A stretch of DNA of 63,919 nt, counting the filler, from Thermoplasmatota archaeon (GTDB taxonomy: Archaea; Thermoplasmatota; E2; JACPAO01; JAHFTW01): assembly GCA_041623215.1 (NCBI GenBank). It is 3 parts of 3 records of this genome, joined end to end, with 100 filler letters (N's around TTAATTAATTAA, not from the genome) between each part and the next. Parts side by side here need not be neighbours in the genome. Positions count along the whole stretch, not along the records: positions 1 to 22,847 come from JBFJXH010000014.1; positions 22,948 to 45,542 come from JBFJXH010000015.1; 1 more part is not named here. One strand, 5' to 3'. Below the pieces are notes generated by a model, which worked only from the letters and a program-made list of their open reading frames with translations, had not been told where the DNA came from and searched no databases. Every line of letters starts with the position of its first letter. Positions within the stretch are counted from its first letter, which is position 1. The translations under genes and the position numbers were made by a program. Positions 19,037-27,504 of the stretch are shown here, one piece after another.

Positions 19037-20656
19037 CTACTTGAGCGGTAGGGGTTTGGCAAAACTGGGAATAAGAGCGCGGTGCCCCGTGCGCTCCTGG
19101 TAGCGGTCTGCCGTCAGGTCAGGTGCTTGGGAATGGACCGGGACCAACAGACGGGCGCCAATGTCATCCAAAACATGGTGCAAGTCGTCCTCCGACAAGT
19201 GGCCACTAACGTGCGTCGTCAATCGCTCCAGGCGGAAGCCATCGAGCCAGCGCTGCAACTTACGGTCTGAGATCTCCATTTCGTCGTTGAACGGCTGCGT
19301 CATGGAGTGGATGTAGTAGCCCCCTTGCAGGCGGTCTGGAAAGACGTCGAAGAGTTCGTTGATGGTCCAGTAGCTCATGCTGAACAGATATGCGTGCGGT
19401 GCCGCCGCCACATCGGCGCTGGTGACCGCGTTGTCTGCCATCACGTAGGGGTGCTCCCAATTGTCGTGGTCAGCCAGCCAAAACTCGCTCCACATTTCGT
19501 CGTCAACGGCTACATCCTGCATGCGAAGGTCCTTACTTGGCATGCGAAGGACGCCCTTCGGCATGCCGCGAACGCCGCGGCCCCGAATCGGTACATGAAT
19601 GGCAATATGCGGGTCGCGGCGCGGGTCTGGCAATTCATCAGCGCCAGTCGCCCGCACACTGTCAATGAGATGCGCGAGCTTGGTGGGAACGACGAGTCGC
19701 CGGTCGGATTTTCGTGCGGTGTTCCATACGCTAACAAATCGGTCCAAGTCGCGAGGTGGGAAACTAATGGCTACGAATTTTCCCTTCGCCTTTTCGAGGT
19801 AGCCCTCAATCTCCGCCTCCACCTCGACTTCTTTGTCGGTTTGCTTGCCATCACCGTGGTGGTCGTGGGTACGTGAAACGCGCGTGCCTTCCATGACCAC
19901 CACGTCAACGCCGGCCGCCTTGGCAATGAAGCGTTCACTCTCGGTCTTCGCGCGGCCATGTAGACGAAAGTCACCGGTATAGGCTAGACTGATGTCGTCC
20001 CCTTCAATGATGCTTCCTCGTGCGCCGTGAATCGAGTGGTCAACGGTGAAATGTTCGATGTGCCAGGACCCCGCGGTCTGTTTCGCCTCCGTCTGAAAGG
20101 GACGGCGGACGCCCACCCGCTCGCCAGTTTCCGGATCGACCCAGGAAGTTCCACGTCCAGGCGCGCCATCCCTTCTCGGCAAGATGCCTTTGGGCCGCAT
20201 GGTCAGAAATTCCGTCAGCACCCCGGCACCGGTGGTTTCGAGACTCGACAGTGTTGCCTGCGAACCCGCCCCCGCCAGGACGGGCACATCAGGGCGCAGG
20301 AGGCCCAACAAGCCGCAGTGGTCCATGTGGGCGTGGCTGACCAAGACGCCGTCCACGGGGGCCGTACCCGCCGTGCCACCTCGGTCCTCTCGGTAGAGCG
20401 TGGGCAGGGTTGGAATGACGCCAAGCCGCATGAGGTCGGGCACCAAGCTTGCTCCTCTAGGCTGGAGGAACGAGTCGTAATAGTCGTTCCAGCCTGGCTG
20501 CATGTGCCGCGTGTCGGTGCCGGTTCGGTCGTCAAGGCGCGGGTCGTTGCCAAAGCGCTTCCCAAGGTCGAGGAAGATGCTGCTCTTGCCATCGTCCAAC
20601 AGGAACGCATTGCCGCCGATTTCGCCGACGCCCCCGTAACCGGTGAGGGTGACCAC
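19037..20656 (-). CDS. Metallo-beta-lactamase/beta-CASP nuclease, RNase J-like
   Basis: GGVGEIGGN, SHAHMDH, DHS, YTGDFRLHG, MEGT, HVSGH and VPVHS motifs. GTG start at 20656 inferred. Confidence 0.85.
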   Translation of the reverse strand: MVTLTGYGGVGEIGGNAFLLDDGKSSIFLDLGKRFGNDPRLDDRTGTDTRHMQPGWNDYYDSFLQPRGASLVPDLMRLGVIPTLPTLYREDRGGTAGTAPVDGVLVSHAHMDHCGLLGLLRPDVPVLAGAGSQATLSSLETTGAGVLTEFLTMRPKGILPRRDGAPGRGTSWVDPETGERVGVRRPFQTEAKQTAGSWHIEHFTVDHSIHGARGSIIEGDDISLAYTGDFRLHGRAKTESERFIAKAAGVDVVVMEGTRVSRTHDHHGDGKQTDKEVEVEAEIEGYLEKAKGKFVAISFPPRDLDRFVSVWNTARKSDRRLVVPTKLAHLIDSVRATGADELPDPRRDPHIAIHVPIRGRGVRGMPKGVLRMPSKDLRMQDVAVDDEMWSEFWLADHDNWEHPYVMADNAVTSADVAAAPHAYLFSMSYWTINELFDVFPDRLQGGYYIHSMTQPFNDEMEISDRKLQRWLDGFRLERLTTHVSGHLSEDDLHHVLDDIGARLLVPVHSQAPDLTADRYQERTGHRALIPSFAKPLPLK

Positions 20657-20755
20657 GGCGTCGCCATGGCGCGCTGGTTGAAAGGTGCCTTCCCGCCGGC
20701 CTATGCAAACACCCCCTGACAATAGCTTCAAGACCATGACCCCTCCAGAACGAGC

Positions 20756-22189
20756 GTGACGGCGCGCGTCCTAGTTACGGGGGCTACTGGCTATGTGGGC
20801 GGGCGCTTGGTTCCTGCCTTGCTAGATGAGGGTCACGAGGTCCGCGTCCTCGTTCGTGGGGCCGCGCGATTGGCTTCCAGGCCATGGGCCGACCATGTTG
20901 AGGTTCAGGAAGGAGATGCCCTCGACCCGACCACGCTAGGCAGCATCGCTGACGGCGTCGATGTGGCGTACTACCTCATTCATAGCATGGGCCAAGCCAA
21001 GGACTTCCATGCCAGAGATGTCCAAGCGGCCCATTGTTTCTTCGAGGCCACCCGTCGAGTCCCACATCTGGTCTACTTGGGCGGGCTCCTGCCATCCGAG
21101 CCGGCCAGCGAGCACCTTGAGAGTCGGGCCGCGGTGGGCCGCATTCTAGGCGCCGACGGTCGGGCAACAGAGTTTCGCGCCGGACCCATCATTGGTTCGG
21201 GCTCGGCTAGCTTCGAAATGGTCCGCTACTTGACAGAACGCCTGCCGGCCATGGTTGCCCCGAAGTGGATTGACAACCGCGTTCGCCCCATCGGCATTCG
21301 CGACGTTGTCACGTACCTGCTGGCTGCTGCCGACAAGCCGCCGCAGGGTGTGCTGGATATTGGTGGCGATGTGGTGACATTTCGCGACATGATGCGAACC
21401 TACGCGAGGGAGCGGGGTCTGCGACGCGTCATTGTGCCGACGCCCGTTCTTGCGCCTGGATTGGCGGCCCTCTGGGTGCAATTGGTCACGCCCATTCCCA
21501 ACGCCGTTGCGGTGCCCTTGATTCGAGGCATTTTGCACGACCTCGTTGGCGACCCGTCACGAGCGGCCCATGTGTTTCCCGGCATCCAACCCGAGCCCTA
21601 CCAGCGCGCTTTGCGCCGCGCCATTGAACGCACGCAGGCACTGGACATTGAAACGCGGTGGTCCGACGCGGGCCACTCTGGCAACGTATTCGTCGAGGAT
21701 TGGGAAAACGTCATGCGTGAATCGGTGACCTTGATGTCGACGGCAAGCTCCCAGGAGCTCTGGCGTTCCGTGACATCACTGGGTGGCGAGCGCGGCTGGC
21801 CGTCTTGGTCGTGGGCGTGGAAGGTGCGAGGTGCCGTAGACCGGGTCCTTGGCGGACCGGGGCTGAGAAGGGGGCGGCGACATCCGGACCGTCTGCGAGT
21901 GGGAGACGCGCTTGATTGGTGGCGGGTGGAGGCGATAGAACCGGGCAGGATGCTGCGCTTGCGTGCGGAAATGAGGCTGCCGGGGCAAGCTTGGCTGCAA
22001 TTCGAAGTGGATCCGCAGCCGGCATCCGTCACGGTCACGGCGCTGTTCTCACCCGATGGCGCCCCGGGTACCCTGTATTGGAAGGCCCTAGCTCCGGTAC
22101 ATCGGCTGCTCTTTCCGGGCCTGGCCAAGGCAGTGGTCGAAGCCGCCGAGGCATCCTCCGACACTTCGTCGTCGTCGCGTGAGAACTAG
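20756..22189 (+). CDS. YbjT-like NAD(P)-binding SDR with DUF2867 domain
   Basis: TGATGYVGG, YYLIHSM, GSGSASFEM and RLRAEMRLPG motifs. Confidence 0.92.
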   Translation: MTARVLVTGATGYVGGRLVPALLDEGHEVRVLVRGAARLASRPWADHVEVQEGDALDPTTLGSIADGVDVAYYLIHSMGQAKDFHARDVQAAHCFFEATRRVPHLVYLGGLLPSEPASEHLESRAAVGRILGADGRATEFRAGPIIGSGSASFEMVRYLTERLPAMVAPKWIDNRVRPIGIRDVVTYLLAAADKPPQGVLDIGGDVVTFRDMMRTYARERGLRRVIVPTPVLAPGLAALWVQLVTPIPNAVAVPLIRGILHDLVGDPSRAAHVFPGIQPEPYQRALRRAIERTQALDIETRWSDAGHSGNVFVEDWENVMRESVTLMSTASSQELWRSVTSLGGERGWPSWSWAWKVRGAVDRVLGGPGLRRGRRHPDRLRVGDALDWWRVEAIEPGRMLRLRAEMRLPGQAWLQFEVDPQPASVTVTALFSPDGAPGTLYWKALAPVHRLLFPGLAKAVVEAAEASSDTSSSSREN

Positions 22190-22515
22190 CGCTTGTGGAT
22201 GTGGCAGTGCACATCGCCAGGCCGGGGCAGATTCTTGCACTGCTTTCCGGCTGAGGTCTTGGCAATGCACGGAATGGGGGCGCCGAGAATTTTGCGTGCC
22301 GCTGGCCGCTTGCGAATCGGGCCGGAGCCGCCTTTGGTCTTCTTGGCGCGTTCGCGGACGACCTTCATGGCCCGGGCTTTCTTGAGAGCCTCGAGCTTTT
22401 TCTTGGCTGTACCCTTGGGTCGGTAGCCTTGGTGCGCTGCACAATACTTCGAGCCGCTCTTGGCAAACGCTTGACACTTGTTGCCTTCCGGCTTAACGGC
22501 AGCACATTGGCCCAT
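22186..22515 (-). CDS. Small basic protein with two CCCH zinc-finger motifs (DUF5763-like)
   Basis: Two copies of C-x9-C-x10-C-x2-H flanking a K/R-rich linker. Alternative start 22542. Confidence 0.75.
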   Translation of the reverse strand: MGQCAAVKPEGNKCQAFAKSGSKYCAAHQGYRPKGTAKKKLEALKKARAMKVVRERAKKTKGGSGPIRKRPAARKILGAPIPCIAKTSAGKQCKNLPRPGDVHCHIHKR

Positions 22516-22627
22516 GCCCAGCGGATTTGGTGCTCGCCTCATAGAGCCAGCGGTCCTTGCTTCGCCCGTCTTGTGGTAGGTCGCGCGGGGGCCAAGGATT
22601 ATGGATTCGTTAGCCGCATGGCGCTCG

Positions 22628-22847
22628 ATGCGCACGACCTGGATGCTCCCCCTGCTCCTACTTGCCACATCGCTGTTGGCCGGCTGCGCGACGGATGACG
22701 CGGGCGCCGGCGGACAAGGCTCCTCGTCGGGGGTTTGGTGGGTGCAAAAAGGCGTCCAATGCAACGAGCCGTCGTGGCTCGTGGGCGACGACGAAAGTCA
22801 GGCCGGCCGACCGCGCGAAGCGTTTGAGCGCTGGCCGCAGGCCGAGC
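22628..22847 (+). CDS. Lipoprotein, truncated by contig end
   Basis: MRTTWMLPLLLLATSLLAGC signal peptide/lipobox. The ORF runs into the N gap. Confidence 0.6.
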
Positions 22848-22947
22848 NNNNNNNNNNNNNNNNNNNNNNNNNNNNNNNNNNNNNNNNNNNNTTAATTAAT
22901 TAANNNNNNNNNNNNNNNNNNNNNNNNNNNNNNNNNNNNNNNNNNNN
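22848..22947. other. Artificial contig linker
   Basis: N-run, TTAATTAATTAA (stop codons in all six frames), N-run. Confidence 0.98.
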
Positions 22948-23903
22948 GCGCCACCATCGCGCCGCAGGCGTCGGCCGACTGCCAGCAACGCCATGAGCGG
23001 ATGCGGGGGCAGATTGCGAAGCTTACTTTCTGTGACGACTGAGTAGGTTTCCGCCTTGGCGGCACGCGCATGTTCGGGCGTCACCATGTCTTGGCGATCG
23101 TCATCGGCCAGAAGGCCCGACTTCCACAGCAGCTCAATCGCTAAGCGAGCGTCGCCTTGTTCGCCGGCCGTGTCTGCGATGAGGCTCACCGTCTCCGGGT
23201 CCACCGTGCCGTTGTTGAACGCCAAGTCAACACGTTGGTTCACGATGCCTTCCAAGTGGTCCGCACCGTAGGCGTCCAAGCGAAGGACGTTGCTGCGCTT
23301 GAACGTGGACAAGGCTGCATCATCGAGGCTGTCAAGCACCATTTGTTGACTGATGAGGACGAGGCTGACCCCATGCCATTGCTGGCCAGACTCATCATTG
23401 AAGCGTGTCAAGTCGTACACCAAGTTGCCACCGTCAGCCCGGATGAGGGCATCCACTTCGTCGAGAATAACCATGAGGTGGCAGTCACGCCGCTCGAGTA
23501 GCGTGCGAAGGTCCCGGGCCATTTCGCCGACGCTGAAGCCCCGGTCCGGGTAACCGGCGTCGAACTTCTGCAAAATGCCGTGCATCGCAAGGCCGGCCGT
23601 CTTGCGGCGGCGGCAATTGACGTGGACGTATTCCAGTCGTTTGTGCTGCTTGCCAAGGTGGCTCGCCAGGTCGCTAGCAAAGCGCTTAGCGAGGGCAGTT
23701 TTTCCCGTGCCAACCGGGCCCCAGACAAGGACATTTTCGCGGCTGGCCCCCGCGGCGAGTCCCTTGTAGGTCCGGGTGAGGAAGCGATACGCGTCGTCGC
23801 GGTGGGGCAACTCGTCGGGGACGTAGTCGAAGTCGAGTTTGGCGAGGTCCTTGAAGACGGTCGGGCCCTGCAACTCTTCCTCGATGAGGCTCATCAGCGC
23901 CAT
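22948..23903 (-). CDS. cdc6: Orc1/Cdc6 replication initiator (3'-truncated)
   Basis: DYVPDELPHR, Walker A GPVGTGKT, Walker B ILDEVD and GDARLAI. The winged-helix domain is cut by the gap. Confidence 0.93.
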
Positions 23904-24012
23904 GGAGGTCGAGCCAGGTAGATAGGGCTCTTGGCGTGGCGGTGAGGGGCAGGTGAAAGTACGGCAACGGCGCCGGCCATGAGCTTTAGGCGGACAGCGC
24001 GCTCCGGCTCCC

Positions 24013-25176
24013 GTGCCCCGCTTCTCGACCGACTGCGTTCATGCTGGCGAAGCCCTGGACCCAACGCACGGCGCGGTCAATGTGCCCATCATTCGGTCCA
24101 CCACGTACCAGTTCCCCGAGGACGCTAACGGCGGACCTGCAAGCCACATTTACAGCCGCTACGACAATCCAACAGTACAGGCGGTAGAGGCCAAGCTAGC
24201 TGCCTTGGAGGACGCGCGACATTGCCTGTTATTCGCGTCGGGCATGGCCGCGATTGACACCGTTTGCCGAGCGTGGCTTGTCCCCGGTGACACCATCGCG
24301 GTGCAGCCCAGCCTGTACGGAGGAACCATGGCCTACCTGGCCGATGAACTTGCAGCCAGTGGCGTTGTGGTCCATCGCCTCCCCGACCATGGTGTTCCCG
24401 CGCCTACATCCCTGCCACCAAGGACCAAAGTTGTGTGGATGGAGTCCATCACGAACCCGCTACTTCGCGTGGCCGACGTGCCCGCCTGGGCCGAAGCCAC
24501 CCATGCCGTCGGCGCACGCCTCGTAGTGGATGCTACCTTTGCCACGCCGCTTCTCCAGCGTCCCCTGGCCCTTGGCGCAGATGCCGTCATCCACTCGGCC
24601 AGCAAATACCTGGGAGGCCACAGCGATGTTACAGCCGGCGCGCTGTTGTGGAACGACGATGCCGCGTCGAAGGCCCTGTGGACCCGGCGACGCAACCTAG
24701 GGGCCACATTGGACCCCGATGCGGCGTACTTGCTTGGCCGCGGCATGAAGACGCTGGCCCTTCGCGTGCAACGCCAGCAAGCCAATGCGGCAGAGCTCGC
24801 CCGGCGTCTAGCCGCCGACGCGCGCACCATTCAGGTGCATTACCCGGGCCAAGACGACCACCCGGACGCCGACCAGTGCAAGCACTTGCTGACAGGGGGC
24901 GGCGGCGTTGTAACCATCGACCTAGGCGACGCATCGGCGGCCCGCCGGTTCCGCCGCGCATCCGGCCTGTTTGCGCCGGCCGCCAGTCTGGGCGGCGTCG
25001 AAAGCCTCGTGAGCTTGCCCATTGAAACAAGTCACGCCTACGCCCCTGCCGAAGAACGTGCACGCGACGGCATTGGCCCTGGCCTCGTGCGCCTTGCCAT
25101 TGGCATCGAAGACGTGGAGGACCTGTGGACTAGCCTCGACGGCGCCTTGAACGCGGCCAGCAGCCCGACGGGGTAA
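24013..25176 (+). CDS. Cystathionine gamma-synthase/lyase family PLP enzyme
   Basis: YSRYDNPT, FASGMAAI, DATFATP, HSASKYLGGHSD and SLGGVESL motifs. Confidence 0.93.
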   Translation: MPRFSTDCVHAGEALDPTHGAVNVPIIRSTTYQFPEDANGGPASHIYSRYDNPTVQAVEAKLAALEDARHCLLFASGMAAIDTVCRAWLVPGDTIAVQPSLYGGTMAYLADELAASGVVVHRLPDHGVPAPTSLPPRTKVVWMESITNPLLRVADVPAWAEATHAVGARLVVDATFATPLLQRPLALGADAVIHSASKYLGGHSDVTAGALLWNDDAASKALWTRRRNLGATLDPDAAYLLGRGMKTLALRVQRQQANAAELARRLAADARTIQVHYPGQDDHPDADQCKHLLTGGGGVVTIDLGDASAARRFRRASGLFAPAASLGGVESLVSLPIETSHAYAPAEERARDGIGPGLVRLAIGIEDVEDLWTSLDGALNAASSPTG

Positions 25177-25236
25177 ATGGCCGGGCGTGTTGCCTGCGTC
25201 CAGTAGGCTGCACAGCCCTAGCTAAGGGCCCTGTAG

Positions 25237-26391
25237 CTACGCGAACCCGTTCGGGCTGCCGTTTGCCTCGAGCACGGGCAGGCCCAGGCTGAACGTAGCA
25301 CCGAGGCCGTGTCCCGGACTAACGCACCATAGTCGGCCACCCTGCGCCTCAATGAGCCCTCGGCTGAGGCACAGGCCAACGCCAAGGCCACCGCCGTGGG
25401 CGCCATCCCGATGCACCTGGGCAAAGGGCTCAAAGGCCGCGGAGATTTGCTCTACGGTCAAGCCAGGCCCTTCGTCCGTCACATGGACCACGGCGTCCGG
25501 GCCAAGCCGCTTGGCCTCGACTTTAATCCGTCCGGCTGGCCCCGCTGCCTCGACCGCGTTTTCAAGCAAATGAAAGAGCGCATGCAGGGTGTGTTTGACA
25601 TCTACGTGAACGGGAAGCGGTGGCCGAATCAGAGAGTCGATTCGAACCTTCAATTCAGCCGCCTCCGGGGCGAAGGCCGCTATGGCGCGACGCACCAAGT
25701 CGGCGAGGTCAGCGGGTTGGCGGTCTAGGGCCATGCGACCTTGCCGAAGTAACCGAATCGCACCAATCTCCCGCAGGAGGCGGTCCACATCACGCAACCC
25801 TTCGTGGACTTCGTCCAGAATAGCGGCCTTTCCCGGGCCTCGCACCTGCGCCAGCGCCGTTGCTCGCGCTTTGAGGGAACTGGTGGGTCCCCCCTCATCC
25901 CATGGACCACGAGCCAGCAAGCTGCGCTTCATTTCCTGGGCCTTGCGCAATCGGCGAATTTCCGCACCCGCATCAAGGTCTCCGGCGGATGCACCGTCGT
26001 TCGTGCGGGCAATCGCGAAGCGGACGGCTCGTGCAACCGCCACACCATCTGCGGACCCTTTGACGAGGAAGTCCTGAGCACCCAATGCGACCGCTTGCAG
26101 CCCAATGTGTTCATCCTCAAGCCCCGTCAACACAACGACGGGGTGACCGGCCGCCAGTTCGCGCATCGCCTCCAGCGTTGCTAATCCATCACTGTCCGGA
26201 AGACCAAGGTCCAGCAAGACCGCATCGTGGGCGTCCTGTTGCAGGGCCTGGCGAGCCACCGACAAACTGCTGGCCGCCGTAATGGTGAAGGCATCGCCGA
26301 CAGCGTCGGCCAGCTCTTCTTTCAGGAGTCGAATATCCTCGAGATCATCTTCGATTACAAGCACCCGCACTTCGCCAGACGCCGGCGTCAT
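25237..26391 (-). CDS. Receiver domain fused to HATPase_c, with no recognisable H-box
   Basis: Receiver motifs IEDD, LLDLGLPD, LTG and VKG. N/G1/F/G2 boxes LLENA, DEGPG, FEPF and GLGVGL. The H-box position reads GPWDEGGP. Confidence 0.85.
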   Translation of the reverse strand: MTPASGEVRVLVIEDDLEDIRLLKEELADAVGDAFTITAASSLSVARQALQQDAHDAVLLDLGLPDSDGLATLEAMRELAAGHPVVVLTGLEDEHIGLQAVALGAQDFLVKGSADGVAVARAVRFAIARTNDGASAGDLDAGAEIRRLRKAQEMKRSLLARGPWDEGGPTSSLKARATALAQVRGPGKAAILDEVHEGLRDVDRLLREIGAIRLLRQGRMALDRQPADLADLVRRAIAAFAPEAAELKVRIDSLIRPPLPVHVDVKHTLHALFHLLENAVEAAGPAGRIKVEAKRLGPDAVVHVTDEGPGLTVEQISAAFEPFAQVHRDGAHGGGLGVGLCLSRGLIEAQGGRLWCVSPGHGLGATFSLGLPVLEANGSPNGFA

Positions 26392-26810
26392 TCCTGGGTC
26401 TCCTTCCAGAAAGCTTCGATGTCATGCATCAGCGCAATGAGACCGTCCATGGTTGCCGGCTTGACCATGTAACGGCACGCGCTCGGGTCTTGGCCGTCGA
26501 TAACCGTTGCTTCATGCGGACTGGTCGTCAGGATCACCACGGGTAATCGTGCCATCAGAGGGTCGCTCCGCACGGCCGCGAGGACCTCGCGACCGGATAC
26601 CCGCGGCAAGTTCAAGTCCAACAACATCAGGCCCGGGCGGCGCTCACTTTCACCGGCACAAGCAGCCAGATACTCAAGCGCAACATCACCGTCGTGCAAG
26701 GCCATGAATTCATGCGGAATCTCGGCCTCTTTCAATGCCTCTTCGGCAAGAAAAACATCGGCCAAATTGTCATCAACCATCAAAATCCGCATCATGCCAA
26801 CATCACTCAT
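26388..26810 (-). CDS. Single-domain response regulator (Rcp1-like)
   Basis: VDDN, LLDLNLPRVSG, VILTTS and VKP. Overlaps both neighbouring genes. Confidence 0.9.
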   Translation of the reverse strand: MSDVGMMRILMVDDNLADVFLAEEALKEAEIPHEFMALHDGDVALEYLAACAGESERRPGLMLLDLNLPRVSGREVLAAVRSDPLMARLPVVILTTSPHEATVIDGQDPSACRYMVKPATMDGLIALMHDIEAFWKETQE

Positions 26811-27504
26811 GCCCACTCTCCAGGCGGCAGGCTCCAAGTCGCCAATGAACCTTTGTGCTGGGGCCATCGGCGCGTAGCCAGAGGTCCCCACCGTGGCGAG
26901 CCGCAACTTGGCGGGCCACAGCTAACCCGAGGCCAGCACGACCCCAAGTGGAATGGAAAGGCCGGCACGCGCGCTCAGCCTGGCTGTCTGACAGCCCCCC
27001 ACTTCGGTCGGCAAACGTCACGCAACCCTCTGCATCGGACCACGTGATGGTCACCACCGCGTCCCTGGCCGGGGCACCATCGGTCATGCGCGCGGCAATG
27101 CTGGCATTTTCCAGCACCTCGGCCAGTAGCCGATGTACCTGCTTCGCGTCGCCCCGCAGGTCCGGGAGTTGCTCGGCGCCTCGGACGGTCAACGTCGGCG
27201 GCGTGGCTGCCTGCACAACATCCCCAAGGCGAATCGGACCGACGTTCAAGGGGTCGGTGCGTAACTTGACCAAGGCACGCAAATCTTGCACCATTTGGTT
27301 CATCCGCCGGGCACCCCGTTGGGCTGCTTCGACGCAGGCCCGTCCATCCTCATCCAATCGATCGCCATGCCGGCGAGCCAAGATGCGCAAATTGCCCTCA
27401 ATGGCGCGCAAAGGTCCCGGCAAATCGTGGCCCAGCACGTAAGCAAACTCGCGGTCCACCTCGGCGGCGTCTGGCGGATCTTTGCGCGGGCCTGATGCGG
27501 TCAC
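26803..27504 (-). CDS. Sensorless HisKA-HATPase protein with degenerate ATP-binding boxes
   Basis: FAYVLGHDLPGPL H-box and LENA N-box, but G1 reads DRSGG. GTGA overlap with an upstream GGAGG. Confidence 0.8.
   Translation of the reverse strand: MTASGPRKDPPDAAEVDREFAYVLGHDLPGPLRAIEGNLRILARRHGDRLDEDGRACVEAAQRGARRMNQMVQDLRALVKLRTDPLNVGPIRLGDVVQAATPPTLTVRGAEQLPDLRGDAKQVHRLLAEVLENASIAARMTDGAPARDAVVTITWSDAEGCVTFADRSGGLSDSQAERACRPFHSTWGRAGLGLAVARQVAARHGGDLWLRADGPSTKVHWRLGACRLESGHE

Noticed and set aside
20656..20667. Frameshift at the start of the RNase J-like gene (out-of-frame ATG at 20667)
   Set aside because: An in-frame GTG at 20656 sits right at the start of the conserved domain.
22892..22903. 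TTAATTAATTAA palindrome (also at 45587-45598)
   Set aside because: It is embedded in N-runs and is an artificial six-frame-stop contig spacer, not a biological site.
23904..24012. Replication origin next to cdc6
   Set aside because: The spacer is short and GC-rich, with no ORB-like repeats or AT-rich unwinding element. The other flank is lost in the gap.
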